From Armatimonadia bacterium (lineage in GTDB: Bacteria > Armatimonadota > Zipacnadia > Zipacnadales > UBA11051): a stretch of 41,323 bases of DNA. Each line of letters opens with the position of its first letter. Positions within the stretch are counted from its first letter, which is position 1. The notes under the pieces were generated by a model that worked only from the letters and a program-made list of their open reading frames with translations, searched no databases and was not told the DNA's origin. Shown here piece after piece: positions 25,838-34,762 of this stretch. The stretch is taken from assembly GCA_039683575.1 (NCBI GenBank), contig JBDKRC010000143.1:1-41323 (forward strand). Reading direction: 5' to 3'. A program made the position numbers and the translations under genes.

Positions 25838-27826
25838 TTACTGGACGGGTACCAGCAGCGCTTCTTTGCTGGGGGCTAGCAGGGGCGGGACGCCGAGGAC
25901 TTCGATGTAGTTGTCCTCGAGGAAGACCTTGCTGGCCTTGCTCAGCGTGAGTTTGTAGACCTCGCCCTTGGACGGCTGGGCGAGTTGAACGGCGAACTGG
26001 TGGGCCGCCGCGATGTTGTCCTTCTCCTCGATGAGCTTGCCGTCGGGACCGTAGAAGGCGCCCTTGATGCCTTCGCCGAGGCCCTCGCCGTAGAGCTTGA
26101 TGCCGAACTCGGTGGTTCCGGCCGGGACATAGACGAACAGGTCGCCGGTGCTGGCGAACATGCGGATCGAGCCGCCTTCGCTGGTCAGCAGCATGCGGTT
26201 GGAGTTGCCGCTGAACTGCATGTAGTTGCCCTTAGCGTCGGCTTCTACGCGGTAGAGACCGGTCTCGGGGGCGGTGAAAGCGACGGGAGCTTCACCCTCA
26301 AACGGCACGGCGACTTTGGCGACTTCCTTGCCTGAGGGAGCGGTGATGATGACCGGCATGGTGACGCCGCTGTACTTGCCGACCTGGCCGAAGCGGGCCT
26401 TGAAGGTGACCTGATCGCCCTGGGTGGCGTAGAGCAGGAAACGGCCCTGAGTGCGAGTGCGGAAGCGGCCGAGGTCGAACTGCTTGGGAGTGCCCTCCAT
26501 GAGGGGCTTGAAGCTCATCCCGGCGAGCTTGACGCGGGGGAGCTTCTTGATGGTGATGAAGGGGAACCACTCGCCGAGTAGCTTGTCGGTCAGAACTGTC
26601 TCGGTCTGCTTGCCGTCGCGCTCGACGACGAGAGTGCCCTTGACGTCCCGAAGCTTGACATTGCCGCTGTTGTCCACGAAGGCCAGCGGGCGGCGGTCCT
26701 TGGTCTCCTTGATGACGAGACGGCCAAAGTCGTAGCCGCCCATGTCTTCGGTGGCGTCGGCGCGGGAGGTAATGGTGATGGGGGCTTCGAGACCCTCGCC
26801 GCCGGCGGCGTTTTCGAGGGTGCAGTTCTCAAAGCGCATCTTGACGCCGGTGAGCGGCACGTTGGTGATGCCGATTCCGGGGCCCTTGGTGTCGGAGAAG
26901 GTGCAGTTGGAGAGCTCGACGGAGCCCTTGACTGCCTCTTCAGGGATATTGTCGGTGACGATGGCGAAACCATGGCGGTCGCCGCGGCTGGTGCAGTTTT
27001 CGAACCGCATCGAGAGCGGCGCGGAAGTGGCGTTCAGCGGCGGGACGTAGATGAAGATGCCGCCGCCGGCATTGTTCTCGAGGCGGCAATTGCGCATGAC
27101 GCAGTTGACGAGCCGCTCGTCGGGGTTGTTGGGCTCGTAGTCTATGCCGGCCATCGGGGCGGTGCCCGCGGTGTTGCTCAGGACACAGTTGTCGATGGTC
27201 AGGTTCTCGGCGGTGATGACGCTGATGCCCTGGCGGTAGTTCTTGTCGCAGATGACGTCCCTGATGAGGACGTCCTTGTTGGTGACGCCGGGCGCCGCAG
27301 CGCCGAGGTAGATGCCGTCGCCACCGCTTTCAGCGATGGTCAGACCGATGATTTTGATGTTGGTGGAGCTATGGAACTGGACTCCGTGACGCCACTCGGC
27401 CTTGGTGTAGGGGGCGGCGGCGTAGTCGTCGCGCCACATGCGGAGGGTCGCGCCGGGGCCAGTGAGGGTGACATTCTTGACGAGGCGGCCGCTGAAGAGC
27501 GAGTCGTTGCCGCCCTTGTATTCGCCGCGCTTGGCGAGGACTTCCACGCCCTTCTCGAAGACGATTTCCTGGTCGGATACGAGTTTGATCGGGAGGACTA
27601 TCCAGGGCTTGCCCACGTTATCGACGATCAGCCGGGGGACCTTGGAGTCAATGGCAGCCTGAAGACATGCGGTGGCGTCTTCGGCATTGAAGCCCCACCA
27701 GGAGGCCTTGGCCTCTTTGAGCTTGCCGGAGGCCACGTCTTTGAGCGCCTGATCGTTCACTTGCGCCAGCGCCGGCAACGCGGCCAGCAGCAGGACTACT
27801 ACGAGCGACAGATACCTGAGCTTCAT
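25838..27826 (-). CDS. Secreted right-handed parallel beta-helix protein
   Basis: Signal peptide MKLRYLSLVVVLLLAALPALA; DAT..LQAAIDS, EWRHG, SGGDGIYL, NYRQGISVI, P.AGID.EPN. Confidence 0.85.
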   Translation of the reverse strand: MKLRYLSLVVVLLLAALPALAQVNDQALKDVASGKLKEAKASWWGFNAEDATACLQAAIDSKVPRLIVDNVGKPWIVLPIKLVSDQEIVFEKGVEVLAKRGEYKGGNDSLFSGRLVKNVTLTGPGATLRMWRDDYAAAPYTKAEWRHGVQFHSSTNIKIIGLTIAESGGDGIYLGAAAPGVTNKDVLIRDVICDKNYRQGISVITAENLTIDNCVLSNTAGTAPMAGIDYEPNNPDERLVNCVMRNCRLENNAGGGIFIYVPPLNATSAPLSMRFENCTSRGDRHGFAIVTDNIPEEAVKGSVELSNCTFSDTKGPGIGITNVPLTGVKMRFENCTLENAAGGEGLEAPITITSRADATEDMGGYDFGRLVIKETKDRRPLAFVDNSGNVKLRDVKGTLVVERDGKQTETVLTDKLLGEWFPFITIKKLPRVKLAGMSFKPLMEGTPKQFDLGRFRTRTQGRFLLYATQGDQVTFKARFGQVGKYSGVTMPVIITAPSGKEVAKVAVPFEGEAPVAFTAPETGLYRVEADAKGNYMQFSGNSNRMLLTSEGGSIRMFASTGDLFVYVPAGTTEFGIKLYGEGLGEGIKGAFYGPDGKLIEEKDNIAAAHQFAVQLAQPSKGEVYKLTLSKASKVFLEDNYIEVLGVPPLLAPSKEALLVPVQ

Positions 27827-27862
27827 CACGCCTTTTCCACCTTTCGCGACTGTAGTTGGGGC

Positions 27863-27892
27863 ATTATATCCGACGGCCCATGCAAAGGCCAA
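27863..27892 (-). promoter_or_regulatory. Candidate sigma70 promoter for the beta-helix gene
   Basis: Minus strand TTGGCC-18 bp-TATAAT; perfect -10 in GC-rich DNA about 37 nt upstream of the start codon. Confidence 0.45.
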
Positions 27893-27967
27893 GAGCGGTG
27901 AATCGGCTTGGGCCAGGGGTAGGGGGATTGGCAGAGGGAGAGCGGGGGGGAGGCCCGCACTGCGAGT

Positions 27968-28083
27968 GGTTGGTGATAGCGGAGGGGCCGGATGCCGACG
28001 GTGCGGCTGTCGGCCTCCGGCCCCTCCATTGGGCGCGATTGTCGTCGGTGATCACGGCGGGCGGACCACGGTCCGCCCCTACT
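27968..28083. repeat. Two REP-like elements with the shared tail
   Basis: TTGGTGATAGCGGAGGGGCCG-stem-GGTGCGGCT-stem-CGGCCCCTCC (to 28027) and TCGGTGATCACGGCGGGCGGACCACGGTCCGCCCCTAC (28045-28082). Confidence 0.8.
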
Positions 28084-28094
28084 GAGGCGGATCG

Positions 28095-29150
28095 CTACTG
28101 TATCACGACGGGCGGGTCTGACTGAACGGCCAAGGTATAGTCCTTGACCACCGTCTGGCGCGGCTGGAGGGAGAAGGATCCGTAGGCGCCTTCGTAGCCC
28201 TCGGCCCAGACGCTGATGGACAGGTAGCCGCTGGGCACGTTCAGCGAGTACTCCCCGTTCTGGTCGGTCAGCGTGGTGAACTGGTTGAACCAGTACGGCG
28301 GGCAGATGACGCCGGTCGCCTGCTTAGGCACCAGTGCCTTGCCGATGAGAGCGACAGGAATGGGCAGGGGCTCGGGGCGGATGGGCTGCCAGTTGCCATT
28401 GCAGGTGATGGTGACGGTCGCGCCCTCGATTGGCGTGCCGGCAGGGGTGGTGTCGCCGGTGCCCCTGATGGTGCCACGGACGGTGCCAACTCCCTCTTCG
28501 ATGGCGGGCACAAGCTGAAAATCTGCGGTGGCGGTGGTACCGGCGGAGACCCAGACATAGGCGACGCCCTGGACAAGGCCGGGCACGTTGACTGTCACGA
28601 CGTAGGCACCTTCGGGAACGGCGGGGATGACGTAGCTGCCGTTGTCGTTCGTAATGGCGCGCAGGGCCAGTTCTTCGCCGTCAGAGGCGGGCGGGTCGGT
28701 GCTGGTCTGGCCGTCCATGATATAGACGGGTTCGGGGTCGGCGACGACGGTGACTCCGGCGAGGGGACTGAGGTTGCCGACTTCGTCCTTTTGCATTACC
28801 AGGCCGGCGATCTGGCCGCCGGGCTGGAGTGTGATGTCGCCGAGATCGGAGGTGTCATCGGGGTCGACGTCCACGACCAGGTGTGTCCCGACTAGGCCGT
28901 CGTCGGAGATGATGGACAGGTAGTGGTTGCCGGCAGGGAGGTTGGGGATGGTGAAGCTGCCGTCAGAGCCGGGGTGGACATCGAGTTCGGTGCCATCCAG
29001 CACGAGGTTGTACTCTGAGGGATTGGGGCCAGCCACCTGGCCCGTGATCGAACCATTGCCTGTGGGGGTGACAGCGCTCTTGCCGCCGCCGCCACAGCCG
29101 GCCAGCAGGCACACCGTAACGATCAACAACACCAGCACGAGATCTCGCAT
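28095..29150 (-). CDS. Lipoprotein with tandem carboxypeptidase-regulatory-like (prealbumin-fold) domains
   Basis: Lipobox LAGC + GGGG; three repeats G.I.G.V...PL/IEGATV...TD.NG.Y....VP.G.Y. Confidence 0.85.
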   Translation of the reverse strand: MRDLVLVLLIVTVCLLAGCGGGGKSAVTPTGNGSITGQVAGPNPSEYNLVLDGTELDVHPGSDGSFTIPNLPAGNHYLSIISDDGLVGTHLVVDVDPDDTSDLGDITLQPGGQIAGLVMQKDEVGNLSPLAGVTVVADPEPVYIMDGQTSTDPPASDGEELALRAITNDNGSYVIPAVPEGAYVVTVNVPGLVQGVAYVWVSAGTTATADFQLVPAIEEGVGTVRGTIRGTGDTTPAGTPIEGATVTITCNGNWQPIRPEPLPIPVALIGKALVPKQATGVICPPYWFNQFTTLTDQNGEYSLNVPSGYLSISVWAEGYEGAYGSFSLQPRQTVVKDYTLAVQSDPPVVIQ

Positions 29151-29322
29151 ACAAATCCTCCCATCGGTTTCTCGCGGCACGCCCATGGCGGCCGGACGCA
29201 ATGGTGGTATGACCTTGTACTACTTGTTCTTGTTCCGTGGCGCGGCGGGGATTCCTGCGCGGGGGTTTTGTGGCCGGTGAGCGGGAAGGGGCGAGGCATT
29301 GGACGTTGCAGCCCAGATACGA

Positions 29323-29351
29323 AACGGGAGGGGCCTGGGGCCCCTCCCGTT
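29323..29351 (-). terminator. Probable intrinsic terminator of the Gfo/Idh/MocA gene at 29379-30425
   Basis: 13-bp perfect stem AACGGGAGGGGCC / GGCCCCTCCCGTT, 3-nt loop, about 28 nt past the stop. Confidence 0.65.
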
Positions 29352-29378
29352 GGGTGGTCGGAGACGATGCGGCCTGGG

Positions 29379-30425
29379 CTAGACCTTGACTTCCTTGCCC
29401 TTCTCGGCGGACTTGTAGATGCCGTCGAGGATGCGCTGGGTGTAGAGAGCCTGCTCGCCGGGGACCGGGGAGGGGAGACCCTTCTGTACGGCCTCGACGA
29501 AGCGGCGGATCTCCTCACTGTGGGAGGCGACGCCGGCGTCGGGGTTGACCTGCGGGGTGCTGTTGAGCAGCATGCCAGCTTCCTCGCGGATGAGGGTCAG
29601 CGGGTTGCTCTGCATGCCGCCCTTGGTGCCGGTGAGGAAGACGTTGTAGGTGCCCTCAGCGGCGTTGACGGCCCAACTGGTCTCCAGCGAGAGGCAGGCG
29701 CCGTTGGCGAAGCGGATGAAGCCGGCGGCGAGTTCGTCGGGCACAGTGTAACGCTTGGGGTCGTGCTTCATGACGGACGGCTTGTTCGCGATCTCGAGCC
29801 AGATATTGGCGGAGACGGTTACGGGCTCGGGATGACCCATGAGGTGGAGGGCGAGGTCAAGGATATGTACGCCGAGGTCATAGCACGGGCCACCGGCGGA
29901 CTGGTCCTTGAGAATGAACTCGCCCCAGGACGGTACGCCACGGGGGCGGAGGAGGCTGCAGCGGCCCCAGTAGATGTCGCCGATGAAGCCGGCGTCCACC
30001 CAGCGCTTCATGGCGAGGGAGCCCTCGGTGAAGCGCATGGACTGGGCGACCATGAAGAGCTTCTTGGCTTCCTTGCCGGCAGCGATCATCTGCTCGACGT
30101 TCTTGGCCGAAACGGAACAGGGCTTTTCGACGATGACGTTGGCGCCGGCCTCGAAGGCGGCGATGACGGGGTCCTTGTGGACGCAGTTGGGGGTGCAGAC
30201 GTCGACGATGTCAAGCTGCTCGGCCTTCAGCATCTTGTGGTAGTCATCGTAGCACTTGATGTTTTCGAACTTGCACTTCTCGGTGGCGTTCTTCAGGGAG
30301 GTCTCGCGGATGTCAGCAAACGCGACGATCTCGATCTGATCTTCCAGCGCGTGCCAGCCGGGCAGATGCGCACCGGTGAAGATTGCTCCCGAACCAACGA
30401 CACCAACTCGAAGCTTCTTGGCCAT
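29379..30425 (-). CDS. Gfo/Idh/MocA family oxidoreductase
   Basis: VGVVGSGAI, DIVDVCTPN.VH, NVIVEKP, GGPCYDLGVHILDL. Confidence 0.95.
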   Translation of the reverse strand: MAKKLRVGVVGSGAIFTGAHLPGWHALEDQIEIVAFADIRETSLKNATEKCKFENIKCYDDYHKMLKAEQLDIVDVCTPNCVHKDPVIAAFEAGANVIVEKPCSVSAKNVEQMIAAGKEAKKLFMVAQSMRFTEGSLAMKRWVDAGFIGDIYWGRCSLLRPRGVPSWGEFILKDQSAGGPCYDLGVHILDLALHLMGHPEPVTVSANIWLEIANKPSVMKHDPKRYTVPDELAAGFIRFANGACLSLETSWAVNAAEGTYNVFLTGTKGGMQSNPLTLIREEAGMLLNSTPQVNPDAGVASHSEEIRRFVEAVQKGLPSPVPGEQALYTQRILDGIYKSAEKGKEVKV

Positions 30426-30548
30426 AAGGAGGCCCTCCTGATCATGCCGGTCATGCGGCAGTAATGGAACCTGAAATGCCCGGCATGCAGTGCCGGCTTG
30501 TCATGGACTATTCGCAACCGCGTTAGCCAAACCTGCAAGCCGGGCAAC

Positions 30549-30589
30549 AAAAAAGGCAACGGCTCATGAAACTCATGAGCCGTTGCCTT
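30549..30589 (-). terminator. Intrinsic terminator of the porin gene
   Basis: 17-bp stem AAGGCAACGGCTCATGA / TCATGAGCCGTTGCCTT; T6 run on the minus strand. Confidence 0.85.
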
Positions 30590-30633
30590 CCTATCGAGCC
30601 ATCCGGCGATGCCGGACACATCAGGACTGAGCG

Positions 30634-31812
30634 CTAGTAGCCCGTCTGCCACTGGAAGCCGATCTCCCCGACCTCACGGCCGGCGCGGTCGGCGTCCATG
30701 AACTCGAGGGTCAACTCATTGCGTGAGTCGAGCTGATAGGCATAGCCCAGCTTCCAGGCACGGAGGGAGTCGCCGTCCAGGTCGCGGGTCGGGTCGAACG
30801 TCTCGTAGCGGAGGTATGCGGTGCCGTCGCCGACCAGGCGCGCGACCTGCCCGTAGCCGCCGCGGACGTCGTAGCCGAACAGCTTGCCGTCAACCAGTTC
30901 GGTCTGAAAGCCCCAGGGCTTGGGGTCCGTGTGGAGCCAGAGGTCCAGCATCTGACGGTCGGTGGTCGTCGCGACCGAGGGAGTGCCGACACCCTCGGTG
31001 TACCTGCCGTCAACCCAGCTAGCGCCGAACTGGCCGAACGGGCGGGCCCAGCGCAGGTCTATTTCATACGTCTTGTTGTTGTTATTCTCGGCGTTGAGGA
31101 AGTTGCCGTTGATGAAACCGACATGGACTGCCGGCTCCCAGCCGTCACAGGGGGCTTTGGGATTGTGGGTCACGTAGATGCCGTGGTCCGTGGGGCCCTG
31201 GAACTCCAGGCCACGGATGCCGGCGGCCTTGTAACCTTCGACGCCGGCGAAGCGTTCCAGGGGCAGGCGCCTGGAGCTGCTCTCCCAGGCATCCCAGCCG
31301 AACCTGTTGTACACTCGCCCGAACTCGACTTCCCACTGCCTGGCAAACTTGTAGTTGACGTAGGCGGCCTCAATGTCCACGGCGCTGGCGAAGCTGAGGT
31401 GGCGCAGTGTGAACGCAGCGGTGGTGCGTTCGTTGGGGGTGAACACGAAGCCGAGGTAGGCCCGGCGCATCAGGAACTCATCGGTGCCCTCGACGGAGCT
31501 CGGGGGGAGAGCGCCGGGAGGAAAGTTTGACAACATCTGCCGCCGGTCTTCATAGCGTCCCTGAAGGTACCCGCCTACCTTCACCTTGTCGTACCATTTC
31601 GGCGCGGTCGGGGCCGCTGGCGCGGCGACTACCACGGCGGGTGCAGCCTCGGCAGCTTCCAGCTTCTGGAGCCGGGCGCACACATCCTGCAGCGCTTGCT
31701 GCAGTTGCTTGACTTGCTCGCGGAGCTTGTCCGCTTCTGTCTGGGCCCCAGCGGCTGCGGCAAACGTCAGCAGCAGCACGGCAACCAGCAGTACGACCAG
31801 GCCATGTCTCAT
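30634..31812 (-). CDS. Outer-membrane beta-barrel porin (OprO/OprP-like)
   Basis: Signal peptide, N-terminal coiled coil, KVKVGGYLQGRY, F.MRRAYL, FG.....SSSRR.P.ER, LRYE.FDP, C-terminal FQWQTGY aromatic signature. Confidence 0.75.
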   Translation of the reverse strand: MRHGLVVLLVAVLLLTFAAAAGAQTEADKLREQVKQLQQALQDVCARLQKLEAAEAAPAVVVAAPAAPTAPKWYDKVKVGGYLQGRYEDRRQMLSNFPPGALPPSSVEGTDEFLMRRAYLGFVFTPNERTTAAFTLRHLSFASAVDIEAAYVNYKFARQWEVEFGRVYNRFGWDAWESSSRRLPLERFAGVEGYKAAGIRGLEFQGPTDHGIYVTHNPKAPCDGWEPAVHVGFINGNFLNAENNNNKTYEIDLRWARPFGQFGASWVDGRYTEGVGTPSVATTTDRQMLDLWLHTDPKPWGFQTELVDGKLFGYDVRGGYGQVARLVGDGTAYLRYETFDPTRDLDGDSLRAWKLGYAYQLDSRNELTLEFMDADRAGREVGEIGFQWQTGY

Positions 31813-31888
31813 GTCATCTTGCCTCCCAACAATATGATGAGCAGTGCTCAGGAAGACCCTAACGCGTGGGTCTGACGTCCGTACCGGC

Positions 31889-31966
31889 AGCGGGCGAGAC
31901 GCCCGCACTACGCGAGTTGGTTTTGGATGGTGCGGGTGCGGCGGGCGGACCACGGTCCGCCCCTAC
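31889..31966. repeat. Two-REP module matching the 1684-1744 module
   Basis: GCGGGCGAGACGCCCGCACTACGCG..TTGG followed by GGCGGGCGGACCACGGTCCGCCCCTAC. Confidence 0.85.
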
Positions 31967-32215
31967 GGGGAACGGCCAGGCCTAGAACGCAAAAACGGGC
32001 CACGATCAAGGTCGTGCCCCTCAGCGTCTCCACGGCGACCGTCGGCTCTCCAGCCCCGGCCCGTGAGGGTGGTAACGTCATAGCAGCCTGCCGCGCTACC
32101 ACCTCAGCCCATTTGCCCAGCAACCAGTGCCGCAAACAGGGTCAGTATAACCAGCATCTTCTTGTTCCGCAAGAACCTTTTGGCACAGGCAGTGATCAGG
32201 GCGCCGGAGGTCGAA

Positions 32216-33469
32216 ATGACCCGCCACGCCATACAGGAAGTGAATCCCATGTCATTTGAGACAGGCGAGCTAAACGTTGTTCGCGATTCGGCGCGGCGGG
32301 TGTCGGAACTGGCGCAGAGCGATGAATATGAGATCCGGCGGCGGCGGTGGCGGGATGTCAATGCGCTGCGCAAGCCCGACCGGGCGCCGGTGTGGCTGCG
32401 ACCGGCGGGGGTGTGGAAGGAGCTATTGCCGCAGGAGGGCCTGACTTGCAGTGATCCGACGCTGCGGGCGATGGAGTACAGACTGCGCCAGGACCTGATC
32501 AAAGATGAGATCGGCGACGACCATGTGGTGGAGAACTGGTGGGAGGTGCCGGCGGTATTTGATTGCGACAGCGAGTTCCTGTGGGGCGTGCAGACCCAGG
32601 TGCTAGTGGATAGCACGGAGTTGGGGGGATGGAGGTACCGGCCGCCGCTGCAGAGCGTGGATGACTTTGACAAGGTCACGGTGCCGACGCTCACCTACAA
32701 CGAGCAGAGGACGCGGGAAGCGCTGCAGCGGGTCGGGGAGATACTGGGAGACGTCATGCCCGTGAAGCTGACTTGCGGGCCACGGCTGCACCAGACGCTG
32801 GGGGCATACCTCGACCAGCTTCGGGGCATGGGCGAGATGATGCTGGACCTGTATGTGCAGCCCCATCTGATCCACCGGTTGATGGCGAAGATCCTGGAGG
32901 CGTGCCTGCGGGACTTGCGGACAGTTGAAGCGACGGGCCTGCTGACACCCAACAACTATGGCGGGATGCACTGCTCGGACCCGATTAACGGCAACCCGCC
33001 TCCGGGGCAGGTGCGACTGCATAACCTGTGGGCGGATGGCAACAGCCAGGAGTTTGACGAGGTCTCGCCGCGGATGTGGGAGGAGTTCCTGCTGAACTAC
33101 CAAAAGCCGATCTTCCAGCAGTTTGGACTCGTCCATTATGGGTGCTGTGAGGACCTGACGCAGAAGATCCAGGGAGTGCTGAGCATCCCTAACCTGCGTA
33201 TCTTTGTGTGCTCGGCGTGGACGAATCTGGAGAAAGTGATCGAGGCGGTGGACAAAAAGCACTGCATCATGTGGCGGCAGTCGGCGGCGGAAGTGACGCT
33301 GTCCGACAACCTGGAGAAGGTTGAGAAGCACCTCGATGAGGGGCTGGCAAAGCTGCAGGGGCAGTACTATCAGATCGTGCTGCGCGAACTGCAGACGGTG
33401 CACGGGCATGAGGGGCGCCTGCATGAGTATGCGCGTCTGGCGATTGAGAAGGCGGAGAAGTGGGCGTGA
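32216..33469 (+). CDS. Uroporphyrinogen decarboxylase / MtaA-CmuA superfamily-like protein of unknown function
   Basis: LRGM..MMLDLY.QP..IH.LM, SQEF..VSP.MWEEF.L.YQ, YGCCEDL; GGAGG RBS at 32206-32210. Confidence 0.7.
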   Translation: MTRHAIQEVNPMSFETGELNVVRDSARRVSELAQSDEYEIRRRRWRDVNALRKPDRAPVWLRPAGVWKELLPQEGLTCSDPTLRAMEYRLRQDLIKDEIGDDHVVENWWEVPAVFDCDSEFLWGVQTQVLVDSTELGGWRYRPPLQSVDDFDKVTVPTLTYNEQRTREALQRVGEILGDVMPVKLTCGPRLHQTLGAYLDQLRGMGEMMLDLYVQPHLIHRLMAKILEACLRDLRTVEATGLLTPNNYGGMHCSDPINGNPPPGQVRLHNLWADGNSQEFDEVSPRMWEEFLLNYQKPIFQQFGLVHYGCCEDLTQKIQGVLSIPNLRIFVCSAWTNLEKVIEAVDKKHCIMWRQSAAEVTLSDNLEKVEKHLDEGLAKLQGQYYQIVLRELQTVHGHEGRLHEYARLAIEKAEKWA

Positions 33470-33589
33470 GGCAGGGATCAGGATTCAGGGGTCAGGGAAC
33501 GGCAGACGGCGGACGGTAGACTAATAACGTGCAGGCAGGGGAACACCGTGTGGGAGTTGAGGCGCCGCTATACCATGGCCGAGAGGAGA

Positions 33590-34753
33590 ATGCCGACTAT
33601 GAGACTATGGGCTGCGTTGGTGGGGCTGTTGGTGGGCGGAGTGGGGGTTGGGGCGGAGTTGCCTTACCCGCAGGGGACGGCTTTCCCGCTGGGGCTCTAT
33701 TCAATCCAAACCGTGGATGAGATGAAGCAAGAGGCGGGGTTTGGGTGGAATATCGGGCATACGTACAGCATGAAGCCCACTTTCCTGGAGATCGTGAAGG
33801 AAGCGGGCTGGTTCACGTTGACGCACCTGGCGAAGGCGGACGAGGAGACCACCAAGGCGACGATCACCGACTTGGTGGGCAGGGGGCCCGTGGCCTGGTG
33901 GGACCTTCCGGAGGAGCAGCGGTGGTGGCGGGCGGATGAGTACCAGGTGGTGAAGGACCTGTCCGCGTGGACGCGCAAATACGACCCACAGAAGCGCCCC
34001 AATTACATGTACATCGCGGGGCACTACCAGGCGGCGGCGATCGCGAAGTATGTGCCCTATCTGGACATTATCGGGGCAGGGACCTATACCGAGTACTCCA
34101 AAATGCCGCGGCAGTGGGTGCGGTGGCGGATGGAGGAGACCATCCGTGGGATTGAGCAGGGCGGGGCAAAGGTGGGGAAGGACTACCTGAACGGCGAGAA
34201 GACACCGATTGGGATTCCCATGCTGTTTGGCAAGCCGGGTGAGATCCCGACGATGACCCCGGCGGCGGCTTACCATGACTTCTATAGCTGTCTGGCGAGC
34301 GGGGCGCGGGGGATTCTGATCTTCTCGTACTGGCACAAGCGCGATGCACCGGGGCTGCAGGCGACCTATGAGGCATACGCAAAAGCGGCGCGGGAGGTTT
34401 CCGGGCCGGAGGGCATCGGGCAGGCGCTGCTGTTTGGGGAGCAGGTGCCGGTGCAGGTGAAGGTGGTGGACGGACCGTCTGAGGCACCGCCCTTCAAGCC
34501 GGTGGCGGTGACGACAGATGTTTCTTTGCCAGCGGTGAATGTGCGGGCGATGCGGCATAACGGGAAACTGCTCGTGATAGTCGTGAATTCCGTTGAGCAG
34601 GCGGCGCGGGTGCGGATTGAGGGGCTGCCGGCGGAGGTCACGGCTGTGCGGGCGCCGTTTGAGGAGGGCCGGAGCGTAACGGTCACACAGACCGGGCTGG
34701 AAGATGCAATTGGGCCACTCGGGGTCCATATTTACACTGCCGGTGGGCAATAG
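33590..34753 (+). CDS. Secreted hypothetical protein, probable glycoside-hydrolase-like TIM barrel plus beta-sandwich
   Basis: Signal peptide; FPLGLY, GWN..HTY, W.L.EE, DP..RP, LASGARGI..FSY, L.VIVVN. Confidence 0.6.
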   Translation: MPTMRLWAALVGLLVGGVGVGAELPYPQGTAFPLGLYSIQTVDEMKQEAGFGWNIGHTYSMKPTFLEIVKEAGWFTLTHLAKADEETTKATITDLVGRGPVAWWDLPEEQRWWRADEYQVVKDLSAWTRKYDPQKRPNYMYIAGHYQAAAIAKYVPYLDIIGAGTYTEYSKMPRQWVRWRMEETIRGIEQGGAKVGKDYLNGEKTPIGIPMLFGKPGEIPTMTPAAAYHDFYSCLASGARGILIFSYWHKRDAPGLQATYEAYAKAAREVSGPEGIGQALLFGEQVPVQVKVVDGPSEAPPFKPVAVTTDVSLPAVNVRAMRHNGKLLVIVVNSVEQAARVRIEGLPAEVTAVRAPFEEGRSVTVTQTGLEDAIGPLGVHIYTAGGQ

Positions 34754-34762
34754 GGGGCGCAA

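Noticed and set aside
29268..30464. 398-aa plus-strand ORF (similarly 3204-4562, 38713-39798 and minus-strand 33701-35389)
   Set aside because: Antisense shadows of well-supported genes on the opposite strand.
32064..32078. T-box-like GAGGGTGGTAACG on the + strand
   Set aside because: No following terminator or upstream stem I motifs on that strand, the downstream gene is not amino-acid related, and the sequence is one arm of a hairpin that folds better on the minus strand.
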